A stretch of DNA of 48,158 nt from Paraglomus brasilianum. Its lineage: Eukaryota. The DNA is taken from positions 1 through 48,158 of the forward strand of contig CAJVPI010000153.1 in the NCBI GenBank assembly GCA_910592345.1, read 5' to 3'. Shown piece by piece: positions 39,395 through 48,158 of the stretch. Positions within the stretch are counted from its first letter, which is position 1, and every line of letters begins with the position of its first letter. The position numbers were made by a program, and so were the translations under genes. The notes beneath the pieces are model-generated. The model made no database searches, had not been told where the DNA came from, and worked only from the letters and a program-made list of their open reading frames with translations.

Positions 39395-40399
39395 TGTTGA
39401 ATAAAAGAGAAAGAGTATTTTCAACATTCATTATGTTGCATCCGCACGTCTCGGATTTACGACTGTGGCGCATAATGAACGTTTATTCAACCGCAAATAG
39501 TGATTATTATTATAGTCAACGCATTCGTCGACTAATTTGGACTAGTGTGAAAACCGTGCGAATTTGACATCAGCTAATTTAATTTGTATCACCGATCTGG
39601 AAACTTTGATCAAATCGATGAATCGGATATTCCATATTAATATATAATTAAATCAAAACCATAAACCTGAATAACCGAAAAATCACAACTAAACGAAATT
39701 TATGTAAACTGTCACAAATTGGCGAATATCTAAACATTTCTTATTCACTCAAACTATCGGACTACCAAACATTATTTGAGCCGTCTTGGCATATTAATAT
39801 ATGATTAGCACACTTGTGTATGGCAATTTTATTTCCGTTTAAACTTGCATCGTTAAGGCTATGCAGCAATGTGAAAGAGTGGCGATATATCTTTGAGGGA
39901 TATAAGTGGATTAATGATTCATCACTTGCGTAATACCGTGGAATGATCTAAGGTTTTAGTTCTTATAAAAGTTTCAGAGACATTCTTCAATCGGAAGATT
40001 CGAGCAGGGTGGAATCTGCTTTTATCGCATCTCCAGGATTCTTGTCTATTCTAGTCATAAAGTGGCTATCGCGTCTATCAAGACCTTATTGGAAAAGATG
40101 TCATCATCCTGCTGGTGCTAAAATGCTTCGAACCGAGCTCGAATATTTTATTCAGGAACGATTAGCATCGAACTCATTACCAATTTCATAAACATTAGTA
40201 TTAGTCTCAAGATTTACTTTTAATAAATAATGTATCATATTTTCTTACACAGTCAAATGATTTACCCCGGCAAAGGCAGCTAACAGTAAACGTGCACGAT
40301 TTTATTTCGGCATCTTCATTCAAAAAAAGTTTGAGTCTCTAAATTATAAGAAATGCACGGATGTTAATATTGTAAATTGACATTATTTGTACCACCTGG

Positions 40400-40486
40400 A
40401 GCTGAATTCATATCATAACTATTTCTTGGTTTAGGCAGATTTCTAGTAGGTAGGCGCTTGCTAGAATATTTATTCTCCTTCTCGAA
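40400..40486 (-). pseudogene. Orphan C-terminal fragment of a paralogous kinase
   Basis: EKENKYSSKRLPTRNLPKPRNSYD versus EKENKYSSMLLPIEDLPKPRNSWE at the end of the neighbouring kinase; no kinase domain upstream. Confidence 0.8.
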
Positions 40487-40751
40487 CTGGAGGAATATAC
40501 ATATGTCACATATGCGTAAAGAATTCGACGCTGGAAATTTGCGCGGCATGTAAAAATTCTAATGGATGCATCGAAAAGGGCCCATAATATGATGGCAAAT
40601 ATAAGGAAAACGTTCCGTAAACGTACATGGAAAGATTCAATATCACACATAATGTTTTGAAGGATTGAAATTACCTTATACATACAGTAGAAGAGGTTTT
40701 GTTATAGCATAGCCAAGAATGACTAGCTTTGTAGTCAATAAATTCATTATA

Positions 40752-41283
40752 CAGTCAACTCTTTTTATAGCACCTGTGCTTTGCCATTTTCAACCACTAC
40801 TGTTTATAACGACCAGTCATAGGATTTAAGTTCAAAATAAAATTTACCATATAAATTATATTATAACCCCTTTTTTTATAGTGATTAGTAGATTAATTTC
40901 TATATACACTTCTCTGCTTCTGGCCAGACACTAGAAATCGAGCGGCACTGAAAATTCATGATTGTTTATTCTATTTTCATTCTCTATCATATATTCTCTA
41001 CCATATATTCTCTATCGTCACTGTTATTTTTTGGAACAGCAGGAGATAGTTTTAATGTGAATCCTAATGATTTAAGAGAGTTTTTTTTGAGCGTAATAAG
41101 ACAAAAAAACAATATATTCATAATATAGAATAGAGTTGCAAAAAATTACATGCTAAGCACTTGAACAAATAGTAAAAAAATGTTATTGCTAGCATAATAG
41201 TGAATTTTATTAAATATTTAACTCCACTGTTTATAACGACCAATTTTGCTTTGCCCGAGGTGGTTGTTAAAGAGATTTGACTG
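40752..41283. mobile_element. Non-autonomous pogo/Tigger-type element, ~530 bp
   Basis: TA|CAGTCAACTCTTTTTATAGCACC ... GGTTGTTAAAGAGATTTGACTG|TA (degenerate TIRs); subterminal repeat ACTGTTTATAACGACCA at ~40799 and ~41226. Confidence 0.7.
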
Positions 41284-41347
41284 TATTTAGCTCTTAACAG
41301 TTGCGTCCTAGTCGTCGTAATGCAAGCTGTAGAATTTTGAGAAATAC

Positions 41348-41586
41348 TCTTTGTATAGATATCATCGATCAAAGTGATGATAAAAGCGGAGCAATGAATT
41401 TTACGCCAACCAATAAATTTACAAAGATCAGGTACAGGCTAACTAAACTATCACTATAATAGTAATAATAATATCGACACTACTCTGACGTTAGACTAAA
41501 TAATACCGCCATTATAATGTTAATGATTAAACAATTTGTCGACAAGTCTGATTCTTTGTATGGATATCATCGATCAAAGTGATGAT
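41348..41586. repeat. 34-bp direct repeat pair 205 bp apart
   Basis: TCTTTGTAT(A/G)GATATCATCGATCAAAGTGATGAT at 41348 and 41553. Confidence 0.85.
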
Positions 41587-42420
41587 CGTCTGTGATTTGT
41601 TGTTGACATTTTAGGAAACTTACATTTAAAAAATTAATCGCTAGCCAATCACGTTCCAAGTTGCGAGGAAAATGGTAAGAGTTCTTGTGACAAGCTAATT
41701 CAAACCATTGTTATTCTCATTGAGAATGATTGCCTGCCGAGTCAATTGATGTGTTGTATATAATTTGCGTCGTCACAATATAAATACCGGATTTATATAC
41801 ATAGGCAACTATCGAATCCAGTGACTAATTTTATTTTTCGTTCAAGATTTTGTTAAATACAAACGCAAAGTACAATAAGGATGTAAGTTATATTATCATA
41901 CAATCAGATGAGAGTTATATTATGCAGACGTTTACTGTTAAATTTGACGTTTAGAATACAATTTATATTAGCGTTCAGTATAATTAATAAGACGTAAAAA
42001 ATTTATATGATCGACTGTATTGTATAAACTGCGTTCAGGGGTGATCTGACGTAAATTATATATATAGATTATGGTGGCGCAAATTATATTAATATACAAT
42101 AGATGCACCCTTATCATTGTTACCCCTCGTCATCATCGAACATAAAGAAGCGCCCCTTGATATAGTATTTGATCGATTGAAGGTATATATATTTTCTATG
42201 TAATCGCTTCTTGACCACTGAAAAAGTCACAAAAAAATTCACCGAAAGACGGATTTTACTCACCACAACTCAAGGCCCTCAAACCAGACCTTACTGAAGA
42301 ATACACATTTCAAAGTTCCAGCAGCACGGCTCAAAGCACTTCGAGCAAGTCTATAATAACTACTCGTGAACCTGACCAAAACCATCAGCAAATATTCCCG
42401 ATCAGCCCGAGACTAACGCC

Positions 42421-43423
42421 ATGGCTCAAAACAATTGGGTCCAAACTAACACTCTTCAAGTTTGTGAAGCAAAGTCTGATAATCAGGTAGATTCTTCCCT
42501 GATTGGGGATGACGTATTAATTACAACGAACCTGTTATTGTCGAAAGTAAGCTTTTAAGTCAACATGACGCGCTCGTTACGCGCTAGCTGTTTTAACACG
42601 TGTCTGTATGATATCTTGCTGTGCTGTTATAACTAATAATTCTTATTATCATATTAGAAAATTGTGAAAAAAGTTTTCATATTCAATGTTACGATAATGA
42701 AGGTGTGCGTTGCACAAATTTCAACAATTTACAATGTGCGACAACGAAGATTTCAGGCAATTTTTAAAGAGAGTGGAGACGAGAGGATTAGAAGACATTG
42801 AAGATGACGATAAAATTATCACGTCATTTAAGAATATTCAAGCTAACAAATTTTACCGGATCAGTGCTTCGTATCTCAAGGCAGTAAAAAAATGGTGTCA
42901 TGTGGACACAAGTCGAGGATATGGCATTAGAGGATGAAACGAAATTGGCTGTGGCAAATATCATTAAGAAAATGCTCAAGTCCCCTGTTATAGACTTTTC
43001 TAACCGAGTTATGCATGACCAAACTGGCCAGCCGATTATGGAGTGGGATGGCATCTTCATATGTTGTAACAAAGTGTTTCTATGTGAATCAAAACACAAA
43101 ATGACCGAAGTAAGTATAAAAAATTAATTGATGCGACTTTCATGAATCTGTTGGACAATCTCACTGACAAATCTGACATTTTAAGGAAAAAATTGCCACG
43201 CTTGTTAAAAGGTTAGGGGAATTTCCAAATAAACTGGAGGTAACGAAAGATTTCAAATTCAAGAAATTATTGGGTATGGAATGTATTGGAGTCGCTTGTG
43301 CCACACTTTTTCCAGAAGAACTAAGACAGAAGTGTGTGGATGAACTTGGATTAGTCGTTGCATACCGGAGGTGCCGTATTGTGTCGAAGTACCCGCAAAA
43401 ATATATGGATGTAAATGGTATAA
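42421..43423 (+). pseudogene. Frameshifted, intron-containing PD-(D/E)XK restriction-endonuclease-fold gene (Crinkler/RHS C-terminal-like)
   Basis: MEWDGIFICCNKVFLCESKHKMT (D...ExK pattern), later IGVACATLFPEELRQKCVDELGLVVAY; GTAAG...AG introns at ~42547-42657 and ~43110-43185; frameshift in the A7 run at ~42886-42892 and further shifts. Confidence 0.6.
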
Positions 43424-43712
43424 TTATTACTAATATTTCATTGTAGTTGTAGTACTTTATCGCGTATTAGTATATAGCTTATGTTTGTAATGCAAATTCA
43501 CGTATATGAGAAACATTGGAAATCTTCATGTATTGATAATAAATGTGGGAGCTGATGCTGAAATCCGGCTGACGCTGAAACTAACCAATGGGGTTAGAGA
43601 ATAAAATCTAATCAACCAATGAAAGGTCATGGTTTTCAGCCGAATTTCAGCTTCAGCCGTGACAATTAAATATTGCGAACTAAAGTATGAAGACTTTTTA
43701 CACAAAAACTCA

Positions 43713-43930
43713 AATTTGATCGTACATTCGACGATACTTATGCATTGCATTATTACGAATTATGGATGTCAAATGCTATTAGAAGACTTAAACGAGCAAT
43801 GAAAGTCGGCGCCGTACGGCAGAAAAAGATGCGAGCATGCGTCCTTATCCAACGTAAATGGATAGAATTCATGTATCGTCCCAATGGTATAATTGTCAAG
43901 CGGTTAGCGGAAGAATATTCGTATCTATAA
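43713..43930 (+). pseudogene. Gene fragment ending in an IQ-like motif (ACVLIQRKWIEFMYRPNG..KRLAEEY)
   Basis: Protein-like C-terminus, but the frame is closed just upstream. Confidence 0.4.
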
Positions 43931-44467
43931 TTTTTAATTTATTTATCTAGTTCTAACGATGTGTCCCAACCCAAACGAATTGCTTTTTTGTCGAAGGTAC
44001 ACCTTTAACGTTTAATCGTAGGTGTAGACAATAAAAGAACGCAAAACTCCAACCCAAACGAATATAGAGAGGATTATCTTTTGCTCTAGTCAAGTCAATC
44101 ACAATAAACTGTCGACCTTGCAATTCTTATCGATTATATCAACGGTGTTACATAGATTGAACTAATATTAGAGTGACGTCCCTCAGTGAAGTAAGGGACA
44201 ATTTTCTCTTGCACCTTTTTAGGTTCACTACATAAATCTTCAAATATAACCACCACCCCTCTTTCAGGAGAAAATTCGTCAATCTGTTGGTATTTTGTCG
44301 GGCTTCATTGATCGGAACGTAATATTTTCGCGATATGGTTTTGGACTATTCGCATTGATTTGGTAACAATCTCTCAAATGTCTATACTTTAGTTTTTTAA
44401 GATGGTGTCCAATCAAAACTAGATTGTCTTTTTTTATAAAACGTGTCCGGTCTTTTTTCCCATTAAA

Positions 44468-45420
44468 CTAGATTATTATCTTTTTGGGGGCTGCGCCCCT
44501 CGGGTAATTTGTCGATTGGTAGTATTCATTTGTTATATTTGTTATAAGGTCATAGTCTGGTACTGTACTTGTGCTGTTCATGTAGTGGGAGAAGTAATTG
44601 TGGTGTGGAATGCCAGTGGCATTTATAACATGATGTTCGTCTTTTCAAGACAAATAGTATTTATTATGATCTTGTACAATACATAATCGATTAGACATTG
44701 AGAAAGTCAGGAAGAAAGCGTTTGCACTATCAGAACTAGAATTCTGTTTAACATTGAGAAGACTTTTAAGTAAAATATTTAACTTATGAAAAATAAGATA
44801 AGGCTATTGTTATTTACATTTATGAATAGATATCACAGTTTTTTGTTCTTCAGAAGGAGGTAACATCAGTTTGGTAGATGCTAAATCGGAAAGCTTTTTT
44901 ACTTTTGTAGATCTCGTTTAGCTGGTTTTTTTTGTTGCAGGTGGATTGTCTACCACTACTAATAGATTGTCTTCGTTGGGTGTGAATTTTTCTGCTGATG
45001 ACGACGTAGATAAATCTTTTTCGAATTTGATTTTTATTTTCGCGGGGAGAGGGTATGGGAGAGGTTTTTTGTCGCTTGGAAGTAGTAGTTAATGATTCGT
45101 ATAGAAGACTTCTCTTCTCAAAAAATGCGGATGAGGATGCGGATGAGGATGAGGATGAGGAGGTGGGTGTGGAGGACGTATATTGAGTGGTGTTTGTGGA
45201 TATAAAATCAAAATTGTGAAGTTCGAGACACAATCTATCTTCGTGGATATCTAATTCTCTTATAAGGGAAACTTTTGAACCCAGTTTTGCTTTCGTTGTT
45301 CAGTTGTAAAGGTATTTTTTGTTGTTTTTATAGTTGATGGGCTTCCGGAGACGTATTGGGAGGTTTGAATAGTTAAAACGACCATGTCATGGTATATGTT
45401 AGCGTTGATTTTATGATGCC
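44468..45420 (-). mobile_element. Possible Helitron-like relic: decayed ORF followed by GC hairpin and CTAG|T
   Basis: Minus strand GGGGC-GCA-GCCCC (44499-44487), 15 nt, then CTAG (44471-44468) followed by T; upstream broken frames ...KVSLIRELDIHEDRLCLELHNFDFISTN plus a Ser-rich tract. Confidence 0.4.
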
Positions 45421-45963
45421 GATCGTACTAAGCCAAGTGCCGACTACCACGGGAGAGCAGATAGTAATCGACACTTGGGATTTAGCTAGTATCGACGGAG
45501 CGCGGCGCCTTTTACTCTAGTTAAATATCTGAATATAGTTAGTGACCTCGTTAATTCAAGGCTTTTCACTTACGAACTATCTCGTCGTAGAATGAACGTA
45601 AATCCTAATGAGTTAATCGTACTCATATGACGGTTACTATCGGAGGATAAATTCGACAGTCTCCCGTTCGGGGTACAATGGTGTATAAATCATAATGCGC
45701 ATCTACATAACAATTAATTATCGTAATTTGCCACTCGAATAATCGCGGGACAAGAGGCGTATATATCTTTCGAGCGGACTATTGATCTATTCTTAGCAGC
45801 TATTTTCTAATCATCTATCGATTGTTCTCAGTATACAATTATGACTTTTGCAACACTGCACTGCTTGTAATACTGCTGTGAGTACCATGCGCTGCGCCGT
45901 CGGAGTAATGCAGAAATTTAGGAGAGAATACTTCCTGTTTATAGCGTAAGCATCATAGTAATA

Positions 45964-47404
45964 GCGTCTTGCTAATTAATAGAATGTCTGTTCACCTAGA
46001 AGAAACGCAGGTTACTTAGTTGTAATAATATGTGTATGTGTATTTGCCTATGCAATCGCTCATAATTGCTCATGATTGTTCTGTAATTGGTCACTTCTAC
46101 CTTGTTTCTCTGGTACTGCTAAGCAAAGCAACTACATATAAAGTGAAGTTGGTTTTTGTCCCAGACACGTTTAATAATCGCTCTCAAGCACAAGTTTTCA
46201 AAGCATATATGCTTGCTTTCGCCAGTTTTCGCACAAACAGTCGTCGTATAAAGATTTGCAACAAAAAAGTTTTTTCATATACTGTATGTTTTTACTAATA
46301 ATTTCAAGGCCTGCCGAAAGACTTTAGTAGGGGAAGGATGTACATTTATACTAGTGATTCATCTACATTCTTACTTCTTGTTTTATATACCTTCTTACGA
46401 AGTTCATATTGAACGTATGCTGTTGAAGTTGCCAAAAAATCCTTTGGTACCTCATCAGTAAAGTAAGATATATTTCTAGTTAAAGACAGTACTAATACAA
46501 AAACGCATGTTTTTACAAAGTAAACATTGATTGGCCACACTAACAAAATCAATAATGTTTGCAAGATGTTTGGGATATAAAAGCAGACTACCATAAGAAT
46601 ATTAAATATTGTATTCACACTGTAATCCATACAAGTTCCCATAATTATAAATAAGGGTATTAAAGCCAACAAAATTTCCAACAATGAAACAAATAATAAG
46701 TTTATAATTGGATCAACTTTATGATTATTAACCAAGTAAGCAATCCAGAATATTGGAATTACTAAAACGGGGAAGAATGTCAAAAAGGAAAATATGCCAT
46801 CCCATATATCATTATCAAGATCACCAAATTGCTTCCATCTGATTAATGCAATCGATGCACAAACAACATGTAAACACATGTTTACAATTGAAAATCTTTT
46901 TACAGCCAGCTCATCACCGTAGGCAAATGACACCGTTAATGGAATAACCCAAGTGACTGTATTGTACAATATATCGTCCAGCAGTGGCAACAGCTTTCTT
47001 TTTATCGGCCCAGGGTTTCCCGAGACATTTAACAGCACGACAAAGGTTATGGGGAAAAGTGTAGTAAGAATTGCATCGTATAAATCTTGGTAAGACTTAT
47101 AAGAGTCATCGACAATAGATGCAGTTGCAAGTGGGATAAGTGAGAAAAATGCAATAATACGGAAAAGAGAATTAATATCTCTCGTGAATGTCTGCATTTC
47201 AGAATCTGAGAGTTTAGAAGTAAAGCAATAAATCTGTGGAGGGATGATCGTAAGTTGCTGAAGTTTATCACTTAGACCTTATTGATATTGCATGGATCAG
47301 TTATAGACTTTGTTCGGTCAATTATTTATTAGTTTTGATAACTAATTTCGTAAAACGTTAAACGTACCTAGTACAACAAACATTGCCTCGCAAAATAACT
47401 GGTA
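45964..47404 (-). repeat. Duplicated block copy C
   Basis: Inverted match to ~18864-20370 and direct match to 1-~240; homology stops exactly at the TA preceding the transposon at 47405. Confidence 0.95.
46346..47197 (-). CDS. Uncharacterised multi-pass membrane protein (283 aa), copy C
   Basis: Intact intronless ORF paralogous to 19103-19978; all indels between the two are in frame. Confidence 0.88.
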   Translation of the reverse strand: MQTFTRDINSLFRIIAFFSLIPLATASIVDDSYKSYQDLYDAILTTLFPITFVVLLNVSGNPGPIKRKLLPLLDDILYNTVTWVIPLTVSFAYGDELAVKRFSIVNMCLHVVCASIALIRWKQFGDLDNDIWDGIFSFLTFFPVLVIPIFWIAYLVNNHKVDPIINLLFVSLLEILLALIPLFIIMGTCMDYSVNTIFNILMVVCFYIPNILQTLLILLVWPINVYFVKTCVFVLVLSLTRNISYFTDEVPKDFLATSTAYVQYELRKKVYKTRSKNVDESLV

Positions 47405-48080
47405 CAGTCGACCCTCCATATATGCACCCTCCATTGCACACCCTCCATATATGCACGACAAGTCTTATTCCCAAGCTCGGGAGTTAGTAAATATGTGCAC
47501 ACCCGCTATATGAAATCCACCCTCCCTAAAGATCATACAAATAGTGTGATTTGTAACACTTACATCGTTGTCTTATTGGTTACACTTTGTTTCTATTTGA
47601 AAGAAATTTGTAAATCATTGTTGTTTAACACAGTCTTTATCATCCTTCGTTTAATATTAACAGGTCAGGTAAATAAAGAATTAATGACGGATAAAGAATT
47701 TGTAATCGTTCATGAAAGAAATAAATACATTTTTTGTTAGAGGTCGGCATTCGGCGTTATGAATTGCATAAAGAATTTCGTAATCGTTCGTGAAAAAATA
47801 AATAAAGAGTTTAGAATTAGAATTAGTTCGTTCATTCTGCAACAGCAAGAAGATTCTAAGGAGTTACTTAAACAAGTTAATGCTCTGGATTACTACATTG
47901 GTTTAAAGTTGATGAATGCAAAGAAACAAACAACCATAGACAATTTTTTCAGTCAAAAATAGTAAACAGGTATTTTAATTTTGTCTTTCATTATTATTAT
48001 CGTTATTATGAAATAAAATATATATCACGTGCAACCAATAAAATGCCAACTCTCCATGTGCATATATGGAGGGTAGACTG
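47405..48080 (+). mobile_element. Internally deleted pogo/Tigger-type DNA transposon (676 bp) retaining the transposase C-terminus
   Basis: 23-bp TIRs with one mismatch (CAGTCGACCCTCCATATATGCAC / GTGCATATATGGAGGGTAGACTG); repeated ACCCTCCAT motifs at the left end; ORF 47759-47962 ends KKQTTIDNFF (PIP box); left flank TA, right flank TG. Confidence 0.88.
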
Positions 48081-48158
48081 TGGTCGCTCTCAACAGCTCA
48101 TCTCCCCTTCCTGAAATGGAAAGTGGGAAAAATGACCTCTCAACAGTTAGATTTGACC

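Noticed and set aside
47198..47404. Possible mosaic (gene-conversion) pattern among the three promoters
   Set aside because: The indels I could score are each private to one copy, so there is no evidence of switching ancestry.

Overview
Eukaryotic, intron-rich, AT-rich fungal DNA. It is most likely an arbuscular mycorrhizal fungus (Glomeromycotina), inferred from the HxDLHSGN/WTxGN tyrosine-kinase-like gene and the gene structures. Core genes: an APSES+ankyrin G1/S transcription factor of the Mbp1/Swi4/Res family, whose DNA-binding domain I could only rebuild with 9-nt and 18-nt microexons and a GC-AG intron; Nur1/Mug154; NAT9; a bZIP factor next to a ~10 kb gene-free region; and a TKL kinase. 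Accessory content: three copies (-,+,-) of an intronless, unrecognised signal-peptide plus ~7-TM membrane-protein gene in 1.2-2.5 kb duplicated blocks. The two complete copies have near-identical ends but a hypervariable centre. Also present are a secreted Cys-rich protein resembling a Cu/Zn-SOD fold without metal ligands, several Tc1/mariner (pogo/Tigger-type) non-autonomous elements (one exactly at a duplication breakpoint), a CpG-stripped relic, and a decayed island containing a PD-(D/E)XK nuclease pseudogene and a Helitron-like 3' end. I saw no rRNA, tRNA or CRISPR. All family calls are by eye; no searches were run.
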